Positions 12,909-27,472 are shown, numbered from the stretch's first letter. The stretch: DNA of 64,000 nt from Orbicella franksi (GCA_964199315.1 OZ116699.1:28458001-28522000), one strand, 5' to 3'. Notes: generated by a model from the sequence alone, not told the origin. Numbers and translations are program-made.

Positions 12909-15710
12909 CGCTACAAGGTGTTACTGACACGTGTGCAAGAAGCGAAAACTTGGGAAAATGTTAAGTGAACACGGACTTATAAACAGTTAACTTGTAGTAC
13001 GTGTAATTCAATTGACCTCAGTGACTGTCTCATCACGTTGCCAAATTAATGCTAATTTGAAGTTCCTGTCGGGCTGTTTTCGAGCTATTTTTCAGCTGTG
13101 GCTACATATTTTAACACGGAATGTTGCCAACAGAACCATTTTCTTATTTCCTAAGATTGAGAGACCAAAAATGGACTCTATAACGGGAGAATTAACAGAA
13201 TGAACAGTAATTCCCATTATTGTTAGATTTACTCATTTAAAAAAGCTCCAGGCCTCTTAGCTGAAAATTCGTGTACGGAAGTGCGATATCTAAACCCATC
13301 TAAACCGTGGTATAGAGCAAAACGTGGACGAAAATCCAGTAACAAGGAAGTTAGCATCAAAGGAAGTGAGAAGTGAGAGTGAACGTGATAGGGTTTGGGA
13401 TAATTCGTAATTTTAAGGTTGAGACAAAACAATATAATAAAACAATAATTAATTCATTATTTCAAAAAAATTGGGAGTCAGGGCACGTCGTTACCGGCGA
13501 GAAAGTTTTAAACGCAAAAACTGCTTGCGTCGAAATTAAATAACTTGTTGCCTTCAATAAAAGAACAATTTGGAACCCAGTGAGATGTACACTTCTTGCA
13601 GGATTCATTCAGAAATTCATTGTTTCAAACCTGCGCGCTATGTTTATTTTACTCTCAAACTCTCCATTTTATCGATATTGAGTCGACGTAACTTATTCGG
13701 CAGACTGGCTATTTTGCAAAATTTAATCAATTTTCAAGACATATTGAGTCCTGATCGTGCACCAGTACTATACGAAGCATAACAGCCTCAGCTTAATAGC
13801 TCTCGTCTCCTGCCCAATCGGTTAACTGCATGTATTCATGTTTCCCAGTAAACATCTCTTGTTGTGTAGTTTTCGCAGCGTGACATACAGGCTACCTGTC
13901 CAACTGGTTTGCATAAATTCCGAGTGATTAACAATTAGATGGAAATTTAATTTTGTCTCATTTATTTCTTCCCTTGAACTCATCAACTGTGGTCAACTGT
14001 AGTCTCCATACATCTTCCGTTCCTTTTTCCCTTTCTAGAAAACACCTTCTTAGTTACGTCGATAACTTCCTTTCTAGCTGATCATTGAGTAGTTGAATTC
14101 ACGACTTGCCTGAGACGTAATATTTGAGTAATTAATGAGCTTCCTTCCTAATTATATTTGATTTCATTGCTGATTAGGAACTCTCGATCCTTACGTGCGA
14201 GGGAGCGCTGAACTGGTCTTCCTTCAGCAACTCGCTTTTACTTCCTTAGCATATTTTTGAGATAAAGGCAAAGATATGAGGAAGTTATGGCAAGGGAAGA
14301 AAGACAGAACTAGATCGTTTTCGATTCCACCGTACAAAGCGAGGCACGAAGCTTTCATCGATGTCAGCCTGATTCTCAACGACACTGAAGTGAGTTCGAA
14401 ATTTCCGCATTCCGTTGATGATATAAACAACTGAATGCCAAGGCAGCGACAAGATAAAAGTCAGAGAAAATCAATTAGGCTGCTTAAAGTAAGATCGAAA
14501 TAGCTTTTGAATGGGGAAGACATTGTCCAACTTTTTGAATTGCTTTCGTTGAAAACCTGGAAACCCAGTAGAACTTATATAGAACCGACAACGTGCACAA
14601 AATATAATAGTAGTCCTGGAATGCGGCAGAACTTTGTAAACATAACCCTTAAACACTGTAGGGGTTATCACAATCTGTGTTGAATGATACTGTAAAACCA
14701 AGGCAGATGACAAATATATTAATTATCATGTTTTTAATACCAGCCTTAATAAAATATACATTAAAAGTTTTACTTACAAGTTTTTATATACTCTGAACAA
14801 TACAGAAACTTTTAAGTAATAACATTAGGCTAGTCGACGTTGAAATGTAGCTGGCAACTGTTTCCAGAGTTTTTCAGCCCTTCTGCTTCAACGGATCAAA
14901 TGTTTTACTATCACAAAGTTCAAAAAAGGTTCAGGAAGTGGCCCTGAAATTTAGCTCACATTGTGTTCAACCTGGTAAAGAGTTGTAATTTAGCACGCTA
15001 ACTGCAATGCAATGGCGCGTGGGAGGGGTGGGGGGTGGGGCTTTGGGGCTAAGGGGGTGGTGTCAGTGGACTTGCTTTTCAGTCATGAGGACTTAAAACT
15101 TGAAAAAATAACCATAACTTGTATACAAATGCAAGAAGACACAATTCTTTGATATTATCATTGTGCCTTCAACTGACAAAGAGTGGTGCGATTGATTAAC
15201 AAGGAAAACTGTTTAACACTCACTGAAAATGAACATTTACTGAGTCCGCAGTAGTTGATAATTCACTGAAGAGAAAGTTACCATTACAAAAAGGACAAAT
15301 TCTGCAATAATTCATTGCAGTGCTTGTATTCAACACTGAACTCGATAAATAAAATGCGCAAAGAACTGAAATCCCCAAAAGCTCTACCAACAATTGTTGG
15401 TTAACTATATTTCACCCATTTACGGAGAAGATAAAACCTCTCATTCAAAAAGAAACTAATGCTAAGTCGTTACGTTTTAAGCATCATATCACAGCACCTT
15501 TATCAGATATCAAAATGCTTGTCATTAGATTTTTACTTCATTAGACTACACAGGAATATTTCTTTCTATCCAGGTTTATTTTGGCTTGACGTTTCCTTCA
15601 ATTGCACCGCCAGAAATCCTCTTGGACAAGTAACGGCATCGTCTCACAACTTTCAAATAAACAAATATATAAATTATATTTAAAAATAAAGTAAAGGTCG
15701 TAAAGAGGTA

Positions 15711-16237
15711 GGGAGCTTAAACAAACCACGACGACGACGGCAACGAGAACGTCACCAAACAAAAGATTTAATTTACTATTTTCCAATTAATTGCCCATAA
15801 TTCACTCTGTTTGCTCCCTAAACTTTGCATAAACTATTGTTGTGAAATACTCTTGGGAGGTCTGCATATTCCCAAGAGCATTTCATAACAATAGTTTATG
15901 CAAAATTTGGGGGGCAAATGGAAAACAGAGAATGAGCAAAACAACAGCTGCGCACGTGCGTTTTTAATCTTTGTACATTTCTTAGCCGTCCTCTGCAAAA
16001 CAAGAACGTGAAATGACCAAGTTCTGCGTCGTCTGAGGAACGCGAACGACGACGGCTAATTTTTCGTATTTCCATTTGAAATTGGACGCTGTCATTGCAT
16101 ATTTAGCCTGAGCAGGTTTTTAGAGCCATTGGCGAACTGAACAGATCTAGGCAATTGCGAATTTCGCTGGTAACTATAAATTCAGTTTTCACTTTTGCGT
16201 CGTCCTCGGCGTCGCCGTCGTCGTTGCTGAAGCTCCC
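15711..16237. mobile_element. MITE with GGGAGCTT..ACGACGACGG TIRs, containing a nested palindromic MITE (~15775-15930)
   Basis: Ends gggagcttaaacaaaccacgacgacgacggc / gccgtcgtcgttgctgaagctccc, flanked by TA/TTA. The nested insert is a ~50-bp-arm hairpin (tttgc..aaactattgttgtgaaatactcttggga / tcccaagagcatttcataacaatagttt..gcaaa). Confidence 0.75.
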
Positions 16238-16702
16238 TTATGTAAGGGCCGGTACGGTAACTCTAAGCAAACATACATTTCTGCCAGATCGAGGACTCAA
16301 TTCCGACCTGCTTCAATCTGAGTTGTGTCTCCGATTGGATTAAGACTTTTTTCGGGTAGATTCTCACTCGTCTCTCAAAAGGGAGAAAAAACAGCCCACT
16401 GAGACTTTTGTTTCAGACAAGAAAATGGAATTTTTTTTTTTTAGGTGAACATATCTTTAGTTCTAAAGCCTATTAGGAACCTTAGTAACCGGGTGTGTAT
16501 TTTGGTTAGCCATAAGAAACCGGGGTTGCCATAACCCAAATATCTGCTAAATCTTACTTCTACTGAGTCATCTTGGTCAATCAATACAAGAAGCGATACT
16601 TAGACGGTTTCTTGTGCCCTACAGCAATAAAAAATTGTGTTGTTCTCCTGACAGCCGTTAATCCTTGTACCTAGACTAGTAAAAGACGTGCCACCTCCGT
16701 CC

Positions 16703-16783
16703 CCCGGGGGAGACTCCCATACGAAAAGGTCGGAAATGCTCGTCGTTAAATCAAGGATGTGAAGGATGGGAGTCCACCCCGGG
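16703..16783. mobile_element. 81-bp mini-MITE of a CCCGGGGG family; related ends at ~43975-44030 and ~52003-52040
   Basis: cccgggggagactccc ... gggagtccaccccggg inverted ends. The GG(A/G)CTCCCATACGAAAA.GTCGG segment recurs at 43990. Confidence 0.6.
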
Positions 16784-16954
16784 CTTGCCACCAGTGCGTC
16801 GCACTTGAAAAAAGGTTAGGGTGCAAATTGTGTCTTATTGAGTTCACGGTTCTGCTCAGCGTAGTTAAACAGAGTTTGATAGATCAAAGAAACAATTGAG
16901 AATATCCAAGATTTCAGTGGTCTTATTCGAGACTAGAATGAATGTCATCAGCAG

Positions 16955-19900
16955 TCAACTCACCAAAACGACTTCAGGTGCCCTTTTGTCTTGAATGCCA
17001 TTGTCTCGTAAAATTTGATCCATCATTTTCTGGTCTGGCTTCAGCAGTGTGTAAAAACGCTGGGAACAACAAAAGTTTTAAAACGAACTCACTCAGGATA
17101 TATTTTGTGAAACAAATATGGTCCACACCGAGTTAAAAAAGAGATTGTAAAACTTACATCTAAAGGACTGAATAAATGCAGAGGTAAATCATTCAACATT
17201 CACTTCATGAAAACAAATTACAGACGAAAATATAAATAAGACGAAGACGATACAAGATGAAGTAGAAGTCAGAAACAGAAGCACTTACTTTACTGAGAGT
17301 TCCAGGTGTTTTCCACATTTGGTGAATTGCAAATCCTGGAATAAGCAATATGGAAGCTAGGGCCATCATCCAGCCCAGCAGCTCGGCCCATCCGGGGTAC
17401 GGTTGTTTGTTATACGACACACCGTTCCACTGAATTATATTTGCCATGACAATTGCCTGAAGAGAAGTATAGAGAGAAATTAAAGGGAACTGAAACATGT
17501 GAGTTAACAAATCGGTTGTAATTACTGAAGTTTGACTTTGCATCTTTGGCGACGTTCTCTTTTTTTTACGTCCTTCCAACTGAGCAATAAAGACTCTGAA
17601 AGACTCTGGAGACATGTCTGAAGTAAGTAAGTTAAGTCTGCATACGAGGCAGGTAGCTCAATGTGGAGACGAACGTACTAATCATGAGGCCACCACGCGT
17701 TACGAGGGTGCAGTGATAACGTATATATTGGGTAATTTTTACATTTTTCTGTTTTTTGCGTTCTCCCTCATTTTTTTCAATAAAGCTGCAAAAGTCCCAA
17801 CTATTAATTTCCGCCTCTCTTACTCTTTAGAATCTTCTAAACAACTTACGATCGTGCAAACGGGCGAGATGTATTTCCAACAAATTCTGAACCACAGGTA
17901 CGGCCTCTGGCCAGTCATGGCTTCCACGTCATCGCTAAATCTGTCAACACCTTATTAGAGATTAAAGGCTATTATAGTCCCGGTTTCACGTTACATACAA
18001 CAAACTCTACATATCCTGTTTTATGTTTTCTACAGACCCAGTTCCTAAAGACATCCTGCGCTGTAAACACTCATTTTACGTACGACGATTAACTCTTCTT
18101 CCTGGATAGCGCATCTTGGTTTTTATTTACCCTAGTTACAATCCTCTTTATAAAGCGCATAAAAAAATATTTCGATATTCAAGTTTTGAGTAATGACTCA
18201 CCATAAATCCAACCGATTGTAATAATCTCCATCAGAGATACAATCAGCAGAGATAATCCCGCAGTCTGGTAATCCATCAAGTTAAAGAAATACATTCCAC
18301 CCTAGATAAACGTAATTAAAATAATCGTTAACAGTTCCTCTACGCTGAGTCCCTGAAACTGCTGACAATAAATTTTGCTTAGACAGTTATCACTGTTCTG
18401 TTACGAGGAAACCGTTAATTGTTGGAAATTTTGTCGGAGCTAATATTTTCGATCAGACAATTTGTTTTCTTTATTAGAGCAGAAATTAGGTCATTTGACT
18501 GAGCTTGTTGGATTTTGGACAGGAATTACCAACTTACTCCGATGCAAACTAAGTGCCTCAAAGAAACCTTAACTGGTTGAATAACTTGGTTCCACTACTC
18601 GGACTGTTGGCACTTAACTTCCGTTTCTGTTAATAGTAGCCAAAAGGCCACTTCTCCTGGTTGAAATGCTAGTCTAACTTTGTCAGGTTGCCCCAACAAT
18701 TTGACGGTACCAATTGATACATTTGGGCCGAGCCTGAGACGCACTGTGAGAGAAATGTCCACGTACGGTTCAAGGCTATATCTAACTACAACAGAAACGC
18801 CGGAACGTGTGTTGCAGGTCTTTACAAAATTTCGCTGCAAAAGCCAAAAGTGTACAGAACAATTAATGGATTCGGTTTTATCTTCGTAGCGAAGTTATCA
18901 AGATCTCCGGCCGTGTCTATCGAAGCCTTAGCCATGATAATCTCGGCTCCTATAACACAGTATATGTTTAAATAGGAATGAATCCAGAATAGATATATAT
19001 ATTTTAAAAATGGCAATTCTTACTTGCGTAACACAAGGAAGCCCAAGAAGCAGCATGCTGGCGCACAGGATTAGGACGAAGATTGGTTTCCGGTAACCTT
19101 TCTTTAGCCATGGATACTCATCTGTGAGGCCAGTGATAACTGCTTCAATAGTAGCAAACTGAAATGCAAAGACAAAGTGTCCATGAAGTGAATACAACCA
19201 AATGCTGTCAGCTCGGTTATGAACGCATGATTGTCGCCAAAAAAGCTCTTCTCTAGCTTTAGTCTAAAGAAAATCCGTTAAGAAAATGTTAAAAAAAAAA
19301 ATGCTTAAATACACATTTAGTTACAGATGGAGTTATAAATCCAAAAGGCATTGAACCTGAACAAACTCAGTCAAGTAGAAACTTAAGGATTGAGTTCAAT
19401 TCTGGGTTCTACAGGAAAAATATGACAATGGAAAAAGAAAAGAAAAAAATATGACATTTCGTGCGATATTTAAATCAAGTCACTTTATCTGAGCAAACAT
19501 TACGCGAGTTTCATATACCTTCAAGGACAGACGAGTAGTTACGACTACGTTTCAGAGCCAGAGTGAACTGCTACATGGTACTGATAAGCTCGAATTCCCC
19601 TAAATCATTAGTCTGGTGGTTAAGCCTATGAAGATTAAAGACCAAAATGCAGTGTAGTGGAGCACTAGCCCCTGAGAAAATTGTACTGTTACGGTACCTG
19701 GCTGTCCAATCCTAAGGTGACCAGCATGAAGAAAAACAAGATGGCCCACAGAACAGACAAAGGCATTTGCGATATCGCTTCTGGATAAACAACAAAAGCC
19801 AATCCGGGACCTATGAAAGCGTACACAGAAATATGAATCTTAGCACTCTAAGTCCAGGGTCAGAAATGATCAGTCAAGTTACAGTGGAATATTTATCCAG

Positions 19901-22900
19901 ATAAGGAAGGACAAAGTCTTATCTGAATCCCTGATCTCACAGATTGATATCTTATGCAAGATATGATCTCTTGGGGCTCATTAACCTCAGGGTGCCATGG
20001 CAAAGAGTGAGTGAACTAATTATCCCGACCCTTTTATTCAATCATGGGGTGTTTCCTTTGGGAACAAGTCGGATCACGGTGCATCGAAGAAAGCAATGAA
20101 TTCTCTCTAGTAAGTATTCATTGGTTCCCTTTATGCACTAAGCCGAGTGATCCATGCCTTGCAACGCAGGAACGCGATAAAAAGGATAAACTTGATGTGC
20201 ACAAATTTGTAAGGGTTACAGTAAAGGAAAATAATAAAACTTAGTAAGGATCTAAATATTTCAGAAAAAATTCCTTTCACCCGAGGTAGCAACGTTGGCC
20301 ACAGTCGTTCGAAGGACATAAGCCATGAAACCAAGAACACTGAAAATTACGAATCCGGAGAAGAAGCTGGTTCCACAGTTTGCGAACGAGATTATGACCG
20401 CATCTCTGCGAGGAGAAGAAAAAAAAGATACAACATAACTTAATCATACAAAAGAGCAACGAGTTTGAAGGGAGGCAAACTCTGAAACTCTGCCAAGAAA
20501 TAAAGCAGTCATCCTTTCTGTTGGTGTAATTTGGAATGATAGAAACAATATACCGGTATGGACTGAAGTTGAAGCATTTTTTTCTACATGCGAAGAAATA
20601 TTCATTTCACGTTTTAAATACAGTTTATATTTATATATCTTTCATATACTCTTAAATTACCCCCTCTGAATTCTAGATATTGGTATTTACAACCACCCTG
20701 TTCTCAACGTAGCAAGGCTTCATAGCTCGTTTAGTTGAGCAATGTTCCTGCTTTTGCTGTCGGACTGGAGGTAACGGGTTAGTATTCCATTGCAACTCTC
20801 AATTCGTCTTTATTTATTACGCCTTGATATTTACATATCTATGTATTAGCTAGGAATTGGAGGAATAAATAAATAAAAAAATAAATAAAATTTATTACGC
20901 CATCCACTCTATCGTCGGGATATCAAACTGACATAACGGTATGAGGGCCTTATAGCCCAAAAGGTAGACCTCTCGATATACCGGTATCGGGAAGGTCGTG
21001 TGTTCGAATGCCAGATGATTGTTTAGACCAACGATTTGCTATGACCAACCGATGAATTCTCCCGTAGCTTAGCTGGAAGAACAACACACCGGTGTCGAGG
21101 AGGCCACTGGTTGCAATCCCACTGTAGCCTTCAACTCTCAAATGTAGTTGCTTGAGAAGCAGCAGTTTCTTGGATCGCTTACACTTTGTCTACTATGCGA
21201 AGATAATTTCATTCATGTGACGTTTCAATTGCAGTCCATATAACTCAGAATTGACCTATTGTCACTCACCACTCAACGTCTCAAGGCTCAGACTGCAGAG
21301 GTCATGGGTTTGAATCCCGTCCAAGGCTTGTAGCTTTTTCAGCTAAAACAAGCTATTGCATGTATATCATTTGGCTTGTGATCTTATACTGATAGGGTGG
21401 ACAATAATGAAGACTTGAGAACTAAACGTCCTTGCATTGCTATGAAAATGTTTACTGCCAAAAGAAAAATGATCAATCTGGTTCTTTAACCTGTGGCAGT
21501 TATTTTCGAATTTGTTGTAGCTTCCAAATGTGATGAGAGTTCCAAAACCAATTCCAAGTGACCAGTAAATTTGAGTGGCAGCATAAATCCACACCTACGA
21601 TACGAAATCAGAAAATAGCGTGAAACACTGTTTGCTAATAAAGGAACTTTGATTATACACGGTTTGTGCTTATTAACGATAGAAAGACGTTGGAACGTGG
21701 ATTGATCAAAACAAAAACTAAATGAACACAAAATATCTGGGATTTACCAGTTAGGAGGTTAGCCATGTCACCATTTAAGTCGCCATTTTACATTTTCGGC
21801 GCCTCTATAGAGAGTTTTCCTAGAGTATTTGTCCAATCTGCTTCCAGATGAAAGAACAGAGGCAGATGAATAGAAGAAACCCCACTTGAATGAGATTGAA
21901 GATCGACCTCGTTTAAAAAGGCATACAATGGTTTTTCTGGTTTACATACCTGTGGATCTGCAAGTCGTGAGAAATCCGGCTTTAAATAAAACAGTATTCC
22001 ATCACCAGCTCCAGTTAGAGTGAGCCCCCGGATGAGAAGTATGAAGAGAACAATAAATGGAAAAGTAGCTGTGAAGTACACCACCTGAGGAAAAAACGGC
22101 ACCAAAATAACTCAGCTAGACATGTACATGATTCTAGTTTCAGTTAAATAAAAGTGTGACAATAGAAATACAATATTATGCATCTATCGACACTGTGTTT
22201 GAGGAATAACTAAATTTTTGAAATAACTTAAATGAGACTTTTTCCAAATGGGTAAACTTCCTGGCCTTTATTTTGGAAACAATTGTGATTTAAATTCGTA
22301 GTCAATACGTATATGTCATTGAAAGATGCACGAAACCTAAACTAGACTGAACGGTATAAATAAGACATTTGAGACATTTGGTAGATCAATTGCTGGATTT
22401 TACACCTTCTAACTTGTAAACCATGAATGGTGCAAATACTTCGATGGAAAACTAAACATACTTTCCATTCTGATTTTACTTGTTTGACTGCAGTGCAGAG
22501 GTTCGGCAAAAACTACTGTAATTATTGAAAGGTATTTATTGACCGGATGACAGTTGCGAAAAGAAAGCTACGTGCAATACCCTCTCCTGTATTTAAATCT
22601 TTAGCCACAGTTCAAATATATAATCTTTCACACATTCACTTGCTTATCTTCATCATCTACGGGTATATTACGAACTCACAACGTAACGAGCTCCCAGTTG
22701 GCTCGATAGCTCGGTTGGTAGAGCGCTGCACCGATATCGCAGAAGTCATGGGTTCAAGTCTTGTTTAAGCCTGAATTTTTTCCAGACTTTGGGTTCGTAC
22801 GGTTTAAGTTAAGTTGCGTACAGAACTGCGATAACTCTCATGACTTTACATGTAAGAGTATCATTCTTTTACCTTTCCGGAAGACTTGATTCCTTTGAAC

Positions 22901-25900
22901 AGGCAGAAATACACCACAACCCAGGATAAAACTGTTGTTCCAACCAGTTCCCATCTCATATCTCCAAACTCTCCAATAGCTCCCGTAATTTGCAATACGT
23001 TGTCACTTAAAATGATTAATTGAAGGACAAGTTTTAGCTTCCAACGGTATGATTATGCATAGGGCCTGCCTTCATATTTCGGTTGTTACTCAATTTACAA
23101 GATGAATTCAGGCTTGTGGAACATAGTGGGTGTGGATATCTTAGTCGCTATTACAAAAGGGTACTGCTGTTAGTAAAGATCGCTCGAAAAGAAGAAAAAC
23201 GACCAAACAAACAAACAAACAAACAAACAAACAAACGACAAATAAATAAATTAAAAGAAAAAAACAACAAAAAACAAATAGTGACAAAAAAGAAGTAATG
23301 TGTCATTGTCAATCAGCCGTTAGGTAGAAAGTAGTCTCCTTTCTCGCTAGCAGCACGATTTACGATATCTTAAGTAGTGCAGACATCCAATCAGTTTTTC
23401 ATTTGGCCGTTAGTCTCACAGCTGTACTTTTACGTTCCCTGCTATACTTGAGTAAATTACATTAAGATAACAAAGCGTCAAGCTTAATTTTCATTGATGC
23501 AACAATAAGTGAATACAGAGAGAAGCTAATTTTGTTGTTTACTCACTTCCAAAACTCAGCACTTGGAGAGGTGTACTTAGCTGTGCAATTTATGGGCAAA
23601 TTATACGCAGTGCAGTTAAAGACATCGTCCTCTGTTCTTTCTGCCCTAAATGAAATAAAATAGCAATCCGTTAAGAACCTGTTGTTACAGTTGAGCTTGC
23701 TGTAATGTATCTTTTGTTAAGAAGGCATGCAAATGAGACGAAAAGGTCAACACATTTCAGAATGACTTTGTTCGTTCGCATGTCAGACTCTTGAGAACTG
23801 TAATAACATCTATGCATGTCCGTCAAATAATACACTCGTGATATTGACTTTCAACAATGGCATGGAAATGTCGAACCGTTTTAAAAGTTTTATTTCTTGT
23901 CAAACATCCATGTTGCCACCTAATTCAGACCATGTCATGATTCATTTGGGAGGTTACAAGTGTACAATTTGTTACACGCAACTGATTGCATGGGAGTATT
24001 TACAAACATAACAATTGTAACGTCACAAATAAATTATCACATGATCTGAATTAGGTGGCAACGAGGATGTAAACACGTTAGCTGAATCTGTCTATTGATG
24101 ATTGCAAAAACTCCCTTGAACTGTTGAAAGAACGGATACAAAGGAGGCAACTAGAGATTTTTGATAAACTTTTCACGCCGACGGTCAAATATCGTGCTAG
24201 TTAATGGGCTATAAGTAGAAGGTTCTGCAGTAAACTTGAGATGGGCACCCTGTTAACCAAAAGTTCCCTCTTCTTTTACAGCCAAACAAGGGAGTGTCAC
24301 CTCTCCACAGCTTCCGGGGACACTTACAGGCAGAACATCGAGTTCCAGGGATGGTCACAGGTTTTCCACGGCACTTCAGATCGAAATGATTCAAACAAGA
24401 AGTAAAATGTCCAGGACAAGATTATGATGTAGTAGATACAGCAGAGATATGACATGAGACACGTGGCGTATCCAACACCTAGAAATTAAACAACAGCAAC
24501 GCTAAAATGCTTATATCCTAGCTTATTAATCATATTTAAAGAGCGGCCTTCAACTGAGTGTGGTAGAACCAAAGTAATCACTCTGACCAATCACAAGAAA
24601 CGCAGACAATCCGGTGAACCAATCAGTATTCCAAGTAATTACAGACAGCTGACGCAAAGCGCGGGAAAACTTGTGCGAACGAGTCTCGACTGGTTTTGGT
24701 ATGACTTCAGATTTGATGAGAAAGTAGCGAGAGTTATTTAAGGCAATACCAATTATACCAAATGAAAACTGCTCTAATCACATTATAGGGGTATCGATAT
24801 CGACCAGGTAGTGTGTCTCGCATGGGGTTAAGACTCCTTTATAGACCATCCTCATGGCTAAATGTCCCTTAATTTGTTTTGGCTTTTTCCTTTTTCTTAA
24901 CTCATCATTTGTGAATATTTTTTTGTATCATCATCTGAAAATGATGCCATTTAACTATAATAATAATAACAACAACAGCAACAACAACAACAAAATAAAT
25001 AGTTACTTCCTTTCAGAAATGTTTGGCATAACTCTTTTCATACTTCTTGGAGAAACTCAAGGCAAGCCTAAGAAGTAAAATCGTGGTATATTGCAGCGTT
25101 TTTAGTGATCCCTTTCACTTAATTGCATGATTTCTGGCCCACTCTGGCGTTTAAGGTGGTATCACAGTTACCTTTCATCAGCGGACAAATTGATTTCCAC
25201 ACTCCAATGACTCCGGAACTAAACCATTGACCAATAGCAAGTTCCAGGAAGAATAATGGGACACCATTCAAGAACAACATCAGGAAATACGGGATAAGAA
25301 ACGATGCTGTCAGGGAAAACACCAAAAAATATGTAACCATTCACAGGCCTTTTATTTTCTCTAAGAGTGTTTTACTGTATTTCAATTTGAAGTCATAAGA
25401 CGTACAATTTGCAAGACTAACGTGGTTACTACAAAATGATAAACAATCGGTGATCACGTACCAAACACGCTTCATTCTATACAAGTTTTTGAGCTTTATA
25501 ACACAATTATCGTCTGTCAAAGAAAATATGTCGTCGGTGAGATTTACACTTGCAGCTAAATGCAGAGAATTGCACCCTATTAAAAGACTTTAGTCAGCCT
25601 CAGCCATTTTCGATGCCATCGAAATTACTGATATCGCATGGTGAAGCAAAATCTTATTGCTCTACCGTAAGTTGTGTTTCTGAAAATATATTTAATTATC
25701 CTTACTAGTTTCAAACAAATAAATAAAATAAATAAAGGTTTGTAAGCTTTACATTGGGCGTGGCTCTTCTATGCTAAGACCTATATACAGTCGTTTCTCC
25801 AATCAGCATCTATGCCCGCTGCACTGAAAGAAGCAATGATCAAACCGAAGCTGAAGAAGGACAACCTGGACTCTGAGGATTATTCAAACTTTAGACCTAT

Positions 25901-27472
25901 CTCAAATCTGAAGGTTGTATCTAAGATAATTGCAAAGGCAGTATCTTGTCAATTGAGCGACTATCTACGCGATAATGATCTAGAGGAATCTTTTCAGTCA
26001 GCATATAAACGCTTTCACAGCACGGAGACTGCTCTCCTGAGGGTGCAAAATGACATTCTCTGTGAGATAGATAATCAGAAATGCGTTATCCTGCTACTGT
26101 TGGACATGTCTGCGGCGTTTGATACCGTCGACCATAAACTGCTACTAGAAAGAATGGAAAAACGCTACGGCGTGAAAGGAAATGCGCTAAAATGGTTTCG
26201 ATCCTATCTTCAAGACCGAAAGCAGTTTGTGATGATTGACGGAACCAGGTCAGAGATGAAAGAACTTCGCTACGGTGTTCCCCAGGGATCCGTTTTAGGG
26301 CCAATCCTGTATTTGTTATACACATCGCCCATCGGGGACATCATCAAACGGCACGGACTTAACTACCATCTATACGCTGATGACACCCAGCTCTACCTCT
26401 CATTTAAGCCCAACTACGCCGAACAACCTGGTTCTATAGCTAAAATAGAAGCATGTGTTTCTGAGATCGACTCGTGGATGGTGTGCAATAAGCTGAAACT
26501 AAACAGAGGAAAGACGGAGCTTTTGATCTTGAGCGCACGACATCGTCCACCCCCATTAATAGACCACGTCGATGTGTCTGGTGAACAGATCGAGCCATCT
26601 ACTTCTGCAAAGAACATTGGAGTCATCTTTGATGAGTACATGTCACTGGAAAAGCATGTTACCAGTACCTGCAAGGCCTGTTTCTTCCATCTTAGAAACA
26701 TTAGGAGGATAAGAGTCTGTCTATCTCTAGCAGACACTGAAAAGTTAGTACATGCATTCATCACTTCCAAACTAGATAACGTCAACTCGCTTCTATATGG
26801 ACTACCAAAATTTTTGATAGATCGTCTACAAAATGTCCAGAATGCTGCGACTCGCGTTGTTACCAGAACAAGGAAATACGATCATATCAAGCCGGTTTTA
26901 AAGCAGCTACACTGGCTTCCAATAAGCCAGCGCATCAATTATAAGATTTTACTTTTAACCTATAAAGCGCTCAACGGCCAGGCCCCTAATTACATTACTG
27001 AACTGCTAGAGCCTTATGTACCAAGCAGAAATCTTCGATCCTCCTCCAAAAACCTCTTGAAAGTACCACCTGTCAAGTTAATAGGCTATGGTCATAGGTG
27101 TTTCTCTTTTGTAGCACCTAGCCTATGGAACTCTCTTCCGAACAATATAAGAGGGAGCGGCTCGCTATCAGATTTTAAGACTTGTATAAAGACATATCTT
27201 TTTAACAAATTTTATAACTAGACTTTTGGTTAGTTAGTTAATTAGTAGATTAGATAGTTTAGCTAGTTAGTTAGTCAGTCACTTAGTTAAGTTAGTCAGT
27301 TTTTATTTAAAGGTTTTAATGATTCCTATTTTTACTTTCATTTTTACAGCTTAGCTATTTTATTTGTTAGTAATTTTTTATCACTGATGTAAATTTTTAA
27401 TGTAAATTTTATTTTTAATAACATTTTTTACTGTAAAGCGCCATGAGCCCTGGATATGGCGCTATACAAATC

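Noticed and set aside
15020-15060. G-run tracts (also 43975-43992 and 49765-49790) as G-quadruplex regulators
   Set aside because: Short G-rich tracts, partly MITE termini or homopolymers, with no supporting context.
22690-22780. Possible functional tRNA gene
   Set aside because: A- and B-box-like motifs are present, but there is no proper acceptor or anticodon stem, and the core sits in a longer repeat with several decayed relatives. Called SINE-like instead.
26086-26785. Antisense ORFs (79 and 123 aa) within the RT
   Set aside because: Shadow ORFs of the LINE coding sequence.
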